This document shows, piece by piece, positions 52,040 to 64,000 of a stretch of 64,000 nt of DNA; the first letter of the stretch is position 1; each line of letters begins with the position of its first letter. The notes under the pieces were generated by a model that did no database searches, was not told the DNA's origin, and saw only the letters and a list, made by a program, of their open reading frames with translations. The DNA is taken from assembly GCA_002633005.1 (NCBI GenBank), contig NMRA01000966.1, forward strand, positions 1 to 64,000, in the 5' to 3' direction. Position numbers and translations under genes: made by a program. The DNA comes from Phoronis australis (taxonomy: Eukaryota; Animalia; Phoronida).

Positions 52040-52857
52040 CTGAAATGTCAAAAATAAAAAAAAACTATTATACTTAAAGTAAACTGTCTGCCTCCCATCA
52101 CAAAAACAACTTTTGATTTCAACCAATTACTGTTATGAAATGGGTTTCAAATTGACCCTTTCATAAAATCGGAGATGATTTCCATGTTGCAAAAGAACTA
52201 AAAATTGACCAAGCATGGTCTCAACAAATAAAGAATTGTCAGTTCTTTGCCATAACCAGAAATCACTTGCCATGTAAGGGACAAGTTGAGATCAATTTTA
52301 TAGAGCTAAGTAATAGAAGTTCATTTCTTGGATGGAATGCGGGATTCAAACTGACCTGCAGTGAAATTCACTTTTTTCAAGTAGACTTTAAGTCTAAGTC
52401 ACTTTCAGAGAACAGTGATTGTTGTTGTATAACACAGCACTTGGAATGACCAATGAGAAAAAAGAAGAAAGTATTCCATGCGATGTATCGTGGTTGTGTG
52501 ATAGAAATATTTTTGTGTCGTAAAATCTAACTAAAATAAACGTTTTTGCATGTGAGTAAAATCAAAATAATGATAAAAGAGATGAAAAAAGAGGAAACTG
52601 GAAATCAAATATAGAGAAAGAAACCAAAAAAGAGGAAATCCTCTTAAAAGAGGAAAATTCCAAGCCTTGATAACAATCCTGTCTGTAATTCTAGGACTAA
52701 GACAAGGTTAAACATCAATAAATGTTATCACTTCTAGTTTGCGGCTGTTTGAATGTCACGCCACCATTTTCCAAAAAGTTGCCATTTTCAGAGAAAATCA
52801 ACTCAAAAAGGCAGAAAAAAGCATCATTAAAATGATTGTAAGTAAGTAACACATCAC

Positions 52858-52915
52858 CTTTATCGTCATCAATTTCTACATCCGGTGCGGCCATACCCAG
52901 CTTACTTTTGAGAAT
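52858..52915 (-). CDS. UBA2: UBA2 internal exon (ubiquitin-fold domain)
   Basis: tttcAG|...|GTgatg, phase 0/1. ILKSKLGMAAPDVEIDDDK. Confidence 0.92.
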
Positions 52916-53340
52916 CTGAAAACAATATGAACACGCGACTGAAAAAGACACACCAAAACTAAAACGTACCAATTGTGGACTTGACATCTGATAATAACAA
53001 GCACCAGTGAGTGTTTATGTAGCACTTATCAAGCTTACGCACACCACAGTCCGTATACATAAACATGCACATGTGAAATGAAACACGCTCACAGTTTAAA
53101 ACTGTTGGTCAGATATAAGTTCGGGCAGTTTTTTACTTTTTATTCTTCAAGCAACCGGAGCAATCCCAACGAAAGAGGGAAGCTTTCATAAGGAACTAAG
53201 AACTTCCACTGAAAATCAAAGGAACGACTCATCAAGAAAGATAATGAAGGTCCTCTCTCAGTTGTGTCTTCAGAGCACACCACACCCACCTAACTGTATC
53301 AAGCCAAAGTGCCAAACTTCAAACTCGAATAAACTCGAAA

Positions 53341-53559
53341 TAACCAATTGAAAGTCCATTCAGTACATAGTGTAAGACAATGGTTTTCAAAGATGGCGGT
53401 GCACAGGGCTTTAACCAATTGAAAGTCCATTCAGTACATAGTGTAAGACAATGGTTTTCAAAGATGGCGGTGCACAGGGCTTTAACCAATTGAAAGTCCA
53501 TTCAGTACATAGTGTAAGACAATGGTTTTCAAAGATGGCGGTGCACAGGGCTTTAACCA
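53341..53559 (+). repeat. Perfect 71-bp tandem triplication
   Basis: Identical units start at 53341, 53412 and 53483. Confidence 0.95.
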
Positions 53560-53664
53560 CCACACCACTGCTGAGCACCCTCACTGGTTCTTTGCCAGCT
53601 ACACTTGTGGCCCAAGAAACCATACACCAGCACCACTCCTGGTCTACAGGCATATCCACTGTAC

Positions 53665-53820
53665 CTTGTCTTCGAGTGTCTTGACTGTGGTGGTGGCTGT
53701 GTTGAGTTTGACGGCCACTTCGGGCTTCTCGCAGCAGGCCAGACACTTGGGGTTGGGCTTCATAAGCGTACACGGCACCAGGATGCGCTTACGAGGGTTT
53801 GGTTTCTTGGTGAGGTACAC
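53665..53820 (-). CDS. UBA2: UBA2 internal exon with zinc-binding CxxC
   Basis: ttgcAG|...|GTaca, phase 0/0. VYLTKKPNPRKRILVPCTLMKPNPKCLACCEKPEVAVKLNTATTTVKTLEDK. Confidence 0.96.
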
Positions 53821-54197
53821 CTGCAAGAAAATTATACCATGGTAAAAAAAAATTTCTACTATTACATGGCAGAAAAGTGGAAATTAGGTTATTAAATTTT
53901 GCTAAGAAAATCATAACAACTGATAACTTTCTGCTTTGTTGTGACCTTGCTTAGTACTTAACACTTGCTAGTAAATGGCAGCTGGTACACTTTCAAGCGC
54001 TTTCAACAATGTAGTATGCATTTAATTATGCTAACCTGTTCTTACTGGTCATCAACACCAGATTTGAGAGCCTGTGAAGATGTTCAGTTTGCGGTCAGAT
54101 TTCTCACTTTGCATTTAAAATCCTTGGATAATTTACGACTGATTTCTCTCTATATTATTCTCATCAAAATTTGCAAACAACTTTCAACAGTCAACAA

Positions 54198-54694
54198 CAG
54201 GGCTTGGAATGATCAATGACAAAAAACGCGGAAACTGTTACGGCCTAAAACGCGCGCTACCCAGCTTTCAAATAGTCGATGTGAGCCTTTCGCCGACAAA
54301 AGTCGGGAGGACTAAAAAAAAAAACAAAAAAAAAACATTACCACCATCAGTAGCATGCATCTGCGTCCCTTTAGGTCGTCCGTCCACTCCCACCCCCACA
54401 CATTTTTGGCTGTGGAGCCGTAGTATTTGTCACCGCGGTTTCCAATCACACGAGTCGCCATTGAAAATCCCAGATGCCCCGGCAATGTTGACAATTTACG
54501 TTCCTCCGAAACATAAAGAGCAACTTCCGCTTTTCGAGGCGAACGTTGTCGGCAAAGCCGCGGTAAGAAAGGAATTTGCCGCGGAAATTTTATATCAAAT
54601 CCGATTTTTTTTACGCGGAAATATAATAAAATGCGCGGACAGAACATTTGAAAAAAGCGGAAAAACGCGTTTCCGCGGAAAATTCCAAGCCCTG
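54198..54694. mobile_element. hAT-like MITE with 6-bp TSD
   Basis: TIRs CAGGGCTTGGAAT / ATTCCAAGCCCTG; CAACAA at 54192-54197 and 54695-54700. A related right end lies at about 52655-52669. Confidence 0.8.
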
Positions 54695-54829
54695 CAACAA
54701 CTTAATGGTTTGAGAAAGACACAAGAGTGCTTAGTATAAACAATGACCCTGCAACACAGTCTTGAAAAGAAAACAGTACATATACTATCTTGACCAAATC
54801 AATGGAAATCGTTACAATGGAGTGCTTAC

Positions 54830-54942
54830 AGTTTTACAGTCATCCAGTCTACCCTGCAAGATTTTGAGTGATTCCATCACAATCAATGCTGCTACAACTG
54901 CGTTCGTAGTGGCAATGGCTGGAATGATGTTGCCTGCCATGG
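54830..54942 (-). CDS. UBA2: UBA2 internal exon (adenylation domain)
   Basis: tttacAG|...|GTaag, phase 1/0. (S)MAGNIIPAIATTNAVVAALIVMESLKILQGRLDDCKT; AGNIIPAIATTNA is diagnostic. Confidence 0.97.
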
Positions 54943-55749
54943 CTGTAAAGTAGAATGGAACAACAACTGAGGGAACAGAGTCCCATTTTTTTATTTTCCT
55001 TCGAACAAAGTATATATGGGCCAGGAAAAATGAAGACTTGGGAAGTTGTCTTAAAAAGGGACTTGCATGGGTGATATGACAATATTTTGAGACTGTACAG
55101 CTATATTTGTTATTTTAACTATTAGTTTTCTCATGTCTCTTGGCCGTCTGCTTTATTGTTGCACTATGAACAACTGTCAAAAATACAGAGAGCTCGAGAG
55201 AAAATCATTGAAAATTATTATTAATCGTGAACATTTGTTGTGCGTTCAACAAAATTGTCTACAGGAGGGGCTGCTGTCAAATTATTCTGACGAAAAGAAA
55301 TGAATAGATCATACAAGACACTTCGATGATTTTGTGCAGATTACGTCAAAAATATTGAAACAAAATGACCAAAATTCCTCATCACGATGACCAAGTGCAA
55401 GAGGTATTTACTGTCATAGTAACAGGAATGACAGCTCACATTATCTGCCACAACGGAGAAACTGGGTTTTATCCAATTATTTTTTACATGTATTGTACAA
55501 TAAAAAATCCAACTTTTGAATTCCAACATCTCATCAGAAAATAACATAGAAAATAAATCTGAAACTAAATAAGGCGATCCAGATCCTACCAAGGATACTA
55601 TTGTTTCATGAAATGTAGAATATTCTTGTTGTTTTATATACCGATTTATATCAGAAAATAACAACACAACTGCATTGCCCAAATCATCCAAAATTCTGCA
55701 AGCTGCCAGCATAACTAACATAAGCTTTCCCCCAGGCTGGGTCACGTAC

Positions 55750-55843
55750 ATTTGATATCAAACCGTGACTTGAGAGGTATTCCGAAGATGTGAGCTCGGA
55801 TGTTGGCAGCCGCTGTCACAAAATCCATTGCAGGGTCATCGTC
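55750..55843 (-). CDS. UBA2: UBA2 internal exon
   Basis: tttcAG|...|GTacg, phase 0/1. [31 protein letters not shown]. Confidence 0.96.
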
Positions 55844-56515
55844 CTGAAAAATACCATTAATCGGACTGTACGATACTGAAGCCATACATTTGTTCACCAC
55901 TTTCTTACATAATTAATAGAAAACACAAGTTGGAAAACCCTTTTAAGCACCGGACATGCACTTCAATGAACATGTTCCTTAAGTTTAGTGGAAGAGTATC
56001 CAAATCAACTGGTCAAATCACCAAAATAAACCCGCAGGCAATCATAAGTATTTTATTTCATGTAATTATTTCAGACTGGGCCCACTTGAAAATCAGTGCA
56101 TTCACTGAAGTGGTCACCCGGTATTTTTAAGGAAGTTTAAATAAATAAATAAGTAAAACTTTAAATTACACATAGTTTCTAAAACCTATTAGTTTCTTAC
56201 ATTAACCTCTAGCCAACCCACATTGACACTACGTGTCGATAAGGTATTTCTCCGGCCATCTTGAGGGATTACAACATTCCACAAACAAGCACAGCTACAT
56301 GGCATGTCGTGCCAATGTCAAAGGGCTAGATAGAGGTTGGTTGGTGTAAATAGACCCAACAGATTTTAGAAATGCAGTTACTATATCACCACATCTAAGC
56401 GTTTTTTTTTCCTCCATGCCTGCTTGCCACTTTACAAAAAACCTCCTATTTTTCTATGTATCAGCACTGCGCAAGATTCCCCTAAAGCCACACAGCAACA
56501 AATGCACTAGCCTAC

Positions 56516-56658
56516 CTTGTCCCAGACCAGGATGCCCTCTGACCCCTGTTTGGACAGCTCATCACGGAGGGTGGCCAAGCTGTCTTTGAACATGTTGGCG
56601 TAGCTCTCCACACTCTCCACCCGCTGATCCTTCATCTCTGACTGGTTTGGAGAGTCAC
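56516..56658 (-). CDS. UBA2: UBA2 internal exon (alternative in-frame acceptor would extend it to 56664)
   Basis: Phase 1/0. (G)DSPNQSEMKDQRVESVESYANMFKDSLATLRDELSKQGSEGILVWDK|GTagg. Confidence 0.9.
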
Positions 56659-56879
56659 CTGAAACTGCAAGATCTTAAGAACGTGACAATGTAGGACACA
56701 AGCAGACAGCACTGAGACAGCACAAATGATAACCAAAGCCATGGCACAAATCTGGTGCTATTACACAATAATTATCTATTCAGTAGCACAGATTTGATTA
56801 CAGGGCCAAGCTCTCAAGTCCGTCCTGCACCCTTTGCGAGGAGTTCAAAATCATGTGATTACTTGAGGATGACCTATGA

Positions 56880-57715
56880 GGGCTGTTCCAGCAAAATCTG
56901 TATGGGAGGGGGGGAAGGCACTTTTATTTCGTACCCACCGCCCATATTTTTCATTTATTTCTCCAACCCATGACCCATAATTTTTTAATTATTTTTAATA
57001 GGTTAAAATATAAAATCCAACACTTGCAAACAAATTGCCTCCAGGAGGACCTGTTAAGAACTTAGATGATTGACAGACAAGAACTAGTTGTCTTGTCCAA
57101 TATTGTCAAAAATTAAAGTAGCCTGTGAACAATACTTTTGGCAGCCACCAGGTGTCTCTGTTCACCATGTGTCTATAATTTCAATGAACATTTTTTCAAT
57201 TATAAGGATCTATGAATCTCAAACTGTCTCCACAAACCCTTTTATACTTCTATGTCAAGTGAATATTGGAACTTGTTTATCTTACTCCTCATACTTTTTA
57301 TTTAAAAATCATCAATTTTCTTATATGTGTTAACACTAGTTTAGTGTTGCATAACTTTTCAATTCAATAGGACTGCAGACAAGCACTTGGCTCAAATCAA
57401 GTTGCCCATGACTTGATTAATGGCTTAGTGAACATATTGCACTCTGTTCACTGGCAATATGGGCTTTTTTGTATTGGGATAACTTGGGATATATGCCAAT
57501 CGCATTTTTTGAGTTTTGATTTCTTTGGAGATGTGTTGGCTGAATTAACCAACCTGTCAACGTTAACAGATCAAAAATACCACCCATTTTTAATGCATCA
57601 CTTCTTACAGGAACAACCACCCATAATTTGAGTTTTTTTCTGAAGACCACCACCCATGAATTTTTATTCCTAATGCCGTCCTCCCCCTCCCACACGGATT
57701 TTACTGGAACAGCCC
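56880..57715. mobile_element. Harbinger/PIF-like MITE
   Basis: TIRs GGGCTGTTCCAGCAAAATCTGTATGGGAGGGGG / CCCCCTCCCACACGGATTTTACTGGAACAGCCC; 3-bp TSD TGA. Confidence 0.85.
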
Positions 57716-58299
57716 TGACAAGGGTCACGTTGCCCTTGATGATTATTACAGCCCATCGTTGCTGTTGAGGGCAGATTTGCTCTACATAACCTCTATTGAG
57801 ACTCCAGTAATGACATTCTCTGACTAATGTTCAACACTAGACCCAGACTGATAGTATGACAATTGTCCATAGAGTACTTTTCAAAAACAATACCAAAAAT
57901 AAAATTCATCATCAATCAAAGGCATTCCACATTTATTTCCCCTGAAAGCATCTCCATTTAGCCACAACTGATCACAGGATCATTGAGGAAGAAAAATTTG
58001 ATAAAGCAACCAGGTGCTCAAAAAGTAGGTGTAACTAAGCTCTCATGCAAACAGTTTTAAAGCTGGTATGCACCCTGCCCCTGTCACGACGAGATTAAGA
58101 CTAACAAAAGTGAAAACTGGCCTCCATTTTCAGATAAAAAGAGACTAGAGAAAAACTGCCGGTACATTATTGTCTCAGATGCGACTCGATGAGTTCATGT
58201 AAGCACAGAAAGCCAGGAAATAGAGCAGTTCCATTACAGAACACTAGAGGGAGTAAAAGCAACAGGTCCATTAACAATTCAATTTTATCCTTAACTAAC

Positions 58300-58399
58300 C
58301 TTCAGTGGGTAGCTCATGCCAGTCGAGCGGGGTCGGAGGTCGCCGGCTCTTCCACAGCGTGTCCATCGACAGCAGGTACTTAATGTCGTTGCAAAACAG
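58300..58399 (-). CDS. UBA2: UBA2 internal exon
   Basis: ctgcAG|...|GTtag, phase 0/1. LFCNDIKYLLSMDTLWKSRRPPTPLDWHELPTE. Confidence 0.94.
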
Positions 58400-60190
58400 C
58401 TGCAGCGAAGAGGTAGAATATTTTGATTTAATGAAACAAGGCAACGTATAAACATCCATTATCGACTAAACAACTGAAAATCACATTTTCAGGAATATTG
58501 TTGGATGGCATAGCTTTTATCATTTTACAACAAAATTGCCAATCCTCACTATTGTCTACCATATATTTGCTTAAATCAAGACCCGTGACTTAACCATTTA
58601 ATACGCGATTTATTGTGTGAGGTTTAGCTCCATCAACAGATCATTAGACTGTGACTGTAGATGTTGCATGTTTGATTTCGTGCTGAGGCCAATCTCAGAA
58701 AATCACTTTTCTTGCAATGATATCTCTTTAAACACTTCTTGGTTTTCAGTGGTTATACTGTGGTAAGACAGTGGCGGATCTAAGATATCATAAGAGGGGC
58801 CCCAACACTTTGTCTCAGGCAATCGCGTAAAGCCCGACTGCATGAATGAGGGCTTGGACTTCTGAGACTGTGGACCTCCTTGCTGAAATGCAACCACGCG
58901 ACTAAGAAAAAAAACGGGGAGAGGCCTCCTACTTCTTGTTTCAGCTGCTTCGACATTACCAGGGTTAGTTGGGAAACTCAATATTTCCTCACGCTCTTGC
59001 TGTCTTCCTGTTTTATTTTTTGGCAGCAGTTAACAAGGGGGGACATTTTCAACTTGGCAAAGCCCGACCTGTTTACCTTCAAAACTGCATTTGAGTACTT
59101 TGGACACCAGATCTGCAGATTTTTCAGTAAGCGTGCAGATTTTTGTGTACAGACCAAACATTGAAAATTCGAACTTTTCAGCGTGTTCGCGTGTTGAAAC
59201 TGTGTTCAGATTATACTTTTCCTAGTTACTTACCTTTGAAACTGTTTTTAAAATACACGTAGTGATTTCACCACCAATTTTCAGAATTATCTAAGGTGTT
59301 TAGTTGGTGGACTGCACTTGCTGTAGTGAAAAGATTCAGTTAATCAGTAGAAAGGTTCCTTACTGACCATAGTTATATTAATACATGCCGCAATCATGGT
59401 AATATACACCGTGAATCATGATAAGTTGGATACACACAAAAAGTTCCTTGCTTCAAAAGTTGTGCTCGTTTCTGAGCACAAAAACATATCTGCAAAAAAG
59501 TACTCATGGGTCTGCACTAGACAATGTTTTGCACCAGGCGACGTGTTCTTAATCATTCACAAAAATTTGGAATTGTTATTCATTGCAAGCATCTGTGAAC
59601 ACGTACCACCATACTGCATGTGAAAAATCCTTTAGTGTTGCCGTCGACTCAACATGCCGCAAAGTCAATGCGCTCACCACGTGCATAACAAAACAATGTG
59701 CTACACAACTTGCAGTATAAATTGGGCGGTCCCTTCCATAAGACACCGTCATTCTTCGGAATAACGTGACAAAAACAGATTTCCCTTCTTTCAGGTGCTC
59801 CATTCTTCACAGCTCAGAATGTGCGGCCACTCATGCTTTGCCATTTTGACAACAGTGCATATTTAGCTGGAGATAGCCGGAATTAAACAAAGTAAACAAT
59901 CCACCAATCATAAAAGTCGTTGTTTGTAGTTTAGGCTGGTGATGATGGATATCGATAGAAGCCTTGCGGTTCGTCAATTATTTTGTAATACTTAGAATGA
60001 ATTGGAGCAAGTTTACAACTTCACAGCTCATGATTTTAGTTAAAGTAATATGATTATATACTTTTAATTTCTAATTTCATTTTTACTATTAGCTTATCAC
60101 TGAGTAACAAGTCGGTAAATAATCTGCTTCGAATTTGTGTATTTTTGCCTGGTCTTGCATGCGTTCGTACTACACGCCAAATTTTCGTAC

Positions 60191-60934
60191 TGTCAGAATA
60201 TAGACTGACACTGTTTTTATTTGTATTGCTTTGTTTTGTTATTCTGTTTGATTGGCATGACCCCTGAGTTAAGTACAGTGATGATGATGTAATTTGTTTA
60301 CTGCAGAATAGTATGGAACTTTCTAGAGGACTGAGTTCAGTACAATGATGATGTCATTTGTTTACTACAGTATAGTGAAGAACTTTCTAGAAGACTCCAG
60401 CATGACAGTGATTGATGTAGTCTGGAATATTCTAGAGACTAGTACATGTTTGTAGAATGGTTGGGTAGATTCAGGAAAGTTCTAGAATGTGCTTGAATTG
60501 ATGAAAAGTTCCAGAACAATGCATTAGGCTATAAATACACAAGCTCGGGTTTATGTTAGTCAGATCAAGTCAGTTAATCGGTGAGTTCAAGAAAGTTAAT
60601 CAGGAGATTACAGTTGAGTTGCAGTGAAAAGAATCAGCAGTTACAGCGATAGTCAATAGAGAGCCAGCTATAGAGACAGCAGGTTATTGAATCGACGAGT
60701 GTAACAGTTGCTGAACGTGTCTCAGAAGTTCATCACAAGTCAAGGCTTCACAGCACTGGCTGGAGCATAAACAGACATTACGTCGGACATTTTGTTTGAG
60801 TAGGCCTGTGAACATACGGTCAGAATTAATTAAGGATTAAGTCGAACCAGTCTTCAGCCAATCGTCGCACCGAAAGCTATTAGCACCGGTCTGTAACAAC
60901 CTGCGCCCACCCACACACGGGGAAAAACTTGACA
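60191..60934 (+). mobile_element. Solo LTR (744 bp)
   Basis: TGTCA...TGACA termini; CGTAC duplicated at 60186-60190 and 60935-60939; internal TATA box. Confidence 0.8.
60316..60537 (+). promoter_or_regulatory. Heat-shock-element cluster and TATA box in the solo LTR
   Basis: GAActTTCtaGAG (60316), GAActTTCtaGAA (60380), GAAtaTTCtaGAG (60425), TTCagGAAagTTCtaGAA (60470), TTCcaGAA (60509), TATAAATA (60530-60537). Confidence 0.7.
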
Positions 60935-61334
60935 CGTACGAATCTGCATTTTTTGCGCATGGTACACAGGTTTTCAAAGCCATGCTCAATACAACGTCGA
61001 CTACCTATTTGCACAATGGTGACATAATTCATTATTTTATTCTGGCATTGAGATTTCATGGTGAGTTAAAACTACAAGTGTTGAGATGTTTTGGTGCACC
61101 GTAACTTGAAAATTTTAATTTTTACATGGTTTACCATAACCTCCTAACATGGATAATTTGCTGTGTTATTGAAGGTATTTTTGTAAGTATATGGCAACAG
61201 AAAAGTGTGATTCACACTGGTTTCAATTATAGGAAAACAATAGCATACAATGTCCACGTGACTCGAAAACAGATGGAAAACCCAATACTGCTCTACTAAG
61301 CCCAGTCGTAAGAGTTCATAGAAGCGAACAATAC

Positions 61335-61465
61335 CTTGGTGAATATCTTCATCGCGTCGTAATTAACAGAGTGCGCCCAGTCTCGCGTGGATCTGCGAAG
61401 AATTCCGCCCACAGCATCGTCATTGTTTACTGCCTCTTTTTCAAGTGCCGATTTTCCAGCATCCG
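61335..61465 (-). CDS. UBA2: UBA2 internal exon
   Basis: tttgtAG|...|GTatt, phase 1/0. (A)DAGKSALEKEAVNNDDAVGGILRRSTRDWAHSVNYDAMKIFTK. Confidence 0.9.
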
Positions 61466-62430
61466 CTACAAAATAACCAACACATTTTATCAGAGTACAC
61501 CAACTAGGCAACAGCCAATCAGCTGCCAGTCCAGCAGAAACTGTTACATCGCTGCAGGCCAGTCTTAAAAAAATGGTCGAACTGTATGTGCAAAAACTTT
61601 AATTTTATTTAAACTACTATTAATTTGTCCAAAGTTGACTCCTATTAAGATTGAGTGTTCGCATTTGAGAAAAATCGACATTTCCCTTTTGCTCGAGGTC
61701 ACTCAATGAGCTGGCTTGACACAATGGCTTATGTTCAATTTGGTACTCCATCTACCGCTTGGTCTCCAAGTTGGTCAATTTGGACAGTCATGTTGAGAAT
61801 GTGAATCAGAAGTCAGTTCTTTGACACAAGGTGTGTACTTAGCTGCTTAAAGGGCAATTCGAATTGAAAGTCTTACAGACAGTTTCAATCTGGCAAAAAG
61901 CAGGTTGCTCATTCAATCGTGTTTTTAATCTGGGCAAACCACTGATTGGCAGACCATCTAGTAAATCAATCGAACAAATGCATTCGAAGTTCAAAAAAAA
62001 AATGAAAAAAGGAATACCAAAAATCAAAGTATATGAACCTTGCCAGGCATTTACCATGAGACAAAATTACACAGGAAGATCAACCAAGATAGTGGGAGCC
62101 CTTCACAGATTGATTACACCTACTGCATGTGTGTTCCCTATCTAAAACTGTTTTCAATTTCCTTTTACCTGGCTGTCCAAAAAATAACGCCAGGTACATC
62201 GACAAAATTGGTTTCCAACATTTTCCTACCACGATAACGCTGAATAAAGAAACAGAAGTATTCCTTGCAAGGAAACTTTCAAGCCAACTGGCAGGAAAAG
62301 TAGACCAACTTTAAGTGTTTGCAAAGACAAACGCAAAACCTTCAAAGTTTAACTTGGCAAGGAATTATGTGTTTTAAGCAATTTCACATTAATAATGTGT
62401 CCTAAAAGCCTCTACATTGGTGCCACCTAC

Positions 62431-62498
62431 CCATAAGTTCTGGATCCTCCCCATCTGGGGACACATCTTGGTCTGGGTCATCCTCCCCATACAGCTGA
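62431..62498 (-). CDS. UBA2: UBA2/SAE2 internal exon (first visible in window)
   Basis: tttcAG|...|GTaggt on minus. QLYGEDDPDQDVSPDGEDPELM matches UBA2 QLFGEEDADQEVSPD. Confidence 0.92.
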
Positions 62499-62525
62499 CT
62501 GAAACACAAACAAGTGAAAGAAAAA

Positions 62526-62760
62526 CTAGTTCACTGGCTAAATGAGCATGTTCACACTATTAAAGCTAAACACTAGTTTACAGGGCAGAAGGAGAAGTTC
62601 ACATTAAGTTGAAGACTAGTTTGCAGGGTAAATGGACGTGTTCACACTACTAAGCTAAAGACTATTTCACAGGGCAAAAGACCAAGTTCACACTAAGTTA
62701 AAGACTAGTTGTTCACATTAAGTTAAAAGACTAGTTCACTCGGCAAGAGGGCAAGTTCAC
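62526..62760 (+). repeat. Degenerate tandem repeat of alternating 46-47/43-bp units
   Basis: Recurring actagtt...gttcaca(c/t)ta...aag. Confidence 0.8.
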
Positions 62761-64000
62761 AATCAGCAAAATAAAAATCACTTTCCATGACCCAAAGATG
62801 GTTCAGTCAGTAAGCTGCTAATTATATGATTAATACTTCCTTTGAAAGATAAAACAATTATTCAGCAATAGCACTTCCTAACAGTCACAAAATATATCCT
62901 GTGACATGTTGGACTTCTTCACATCTGTGAAAATAACTAATTAGAACCCCTGGGTATTTAATAGGCTAAAACAGGACTTTCAAATTTTTATTATTTTACT
63001 GGACAGGTGACCCTAACATCACCTTTAGATTAACTATTTGAATTTTAAGCTAATAATTCTAAAACAAAAAAAAAAACAGTAAAAAAATTTTTGATGAGCA
63101 CTTTTCACAGACCCCCAGAAATTGCTTTCACAATATATCTCCGTTCTCATTCACGACCCTTGCATACACTCACAACTAAGACCGATGACAGAGGAGTACG
63201 TGTAATTCTCGTTCATTAGTCAGTATTTGAACCTGTGTCTCCGAAACAGGAGTCCAGAGCTCAAACCAGAGACCCACACAGACTCCTAACTTACTTGAAC
63301 AGATGTTTTGCCCAAACAATACAATGTATAGGCTCTGAAGGTGTGTTTCGGATTGTGCAACCTGGAAAACTCTTTTGTCTTGGCTTAGGTTGACATTCGT
63401 AGCACTCTGTCTCACCCTGTAAACAAAAGTCTACATTTAGCAGCTGTGACCCTGTTTAAATTCAACACGTCTACACGAGTAGTTGAACAAAGCATCTAAA
63501 GGTTTTGTTCATTTACAATTACACATTTTTACCAAAATCCTGGACACAAAAACTAGAAAATTGCTTATGACTGACTTACCAGGATTGCATAAGAAACCAG
63601 ACGACAACAATGGCTTTTTGAATTAAAGCGAGATTGCACGTGAACATCCCAATCTCAAAACAAGTTTGACTATTTTGGTGGTACACGAAAGAAAGAGATG
63701 GGATATTTTGTTACATCTTAATTTTGCACTTGCTTCAGAAATAAAGTAGAGCAGACACTTCTAGTTTCCCTTACCATTTCTGCAGAGGAGCTCATAAGTG
63801 GTGTTTTGATGGCCTTTACTACCCCAAATTTGTATTGGTTAGAAACAACCAATTTTTGGGCCTCTGAAAGCAGTTCATGACACCTCAGAAAATTTACCTT
63901 TTAGCCTCAATATACTGCATTTTTGATGCTAGGTCGCCTATGATATATTCTTTTACATTTACATAGTGTTCGATTAGAAAACCATTTCAATCATTTAGCA

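Noticed and set aside
54209-54739. Longest ORF in the track (176 aa)
   Set aside because: It lies almost entirely within a TIR/TSD-bounded MITE, crosses its boundary, and has no recognisable motif.
63540-63800. Minus-strand GTAAG donor-like sites as a further UBA2 exon
   Set aside because: The adjacent sequence does not translate to the expected IHCIVWAKYLFN-like segment, so that exon probably lies beyond the window.
1-64000. A novel multi-gene, operon-like or defence system
   Set aside because: All credible coding sequence belongs to DDX1, UBA2 or decayed transposons. There is no evidence that DDX1-UBA2 adjacency is functional.

Overview
This is AT-rich, intron-containing animal genomic DNA, probably from a marine invertebrate deuterostome (an inference from protein similarity and repeat style). 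It is not prokaryotic. Two convergent housekeeping genes can be rebuilt exon by exon with GT-AG boundaries and consistent phases. The first is the last six coding exons of the DEAD-box helicase DDX1 (+ strand, 16669-46092). The second is the last eleven coding exons of the SUMO-activating enzyme subunit UBA2/SAE2 (- strand, 62498-49772). Both 5' halves lie outside the window or are not visible. Nearly all other six-frame ORFs are spurious or transposon debris. The introns, especially the 18.7-kb DDX1 intron, hold nested non-autonomous transposons whose ends and target-site duplications are readable: TTAA-flanked THAP-bearing Kolobok-like elements, Harbinger-like MITEs, a CMC/EnSpm-like element, a pogo/Tc1-like element, hAT-like elements with 5- and 6-bp TSDs, Helentron-like repeats, LINE fragments and a tRNA-derived SINE. 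There is a 390-N assembly gap. I found no novel protein-coding system. The best leads are regulatory: a solo LTR carrying a heat-shock-element cluster plus TATA box pointing antisense inside UBA2, and a dispersed repeat carrying arrays of co-oriented CTCF-like motifs.
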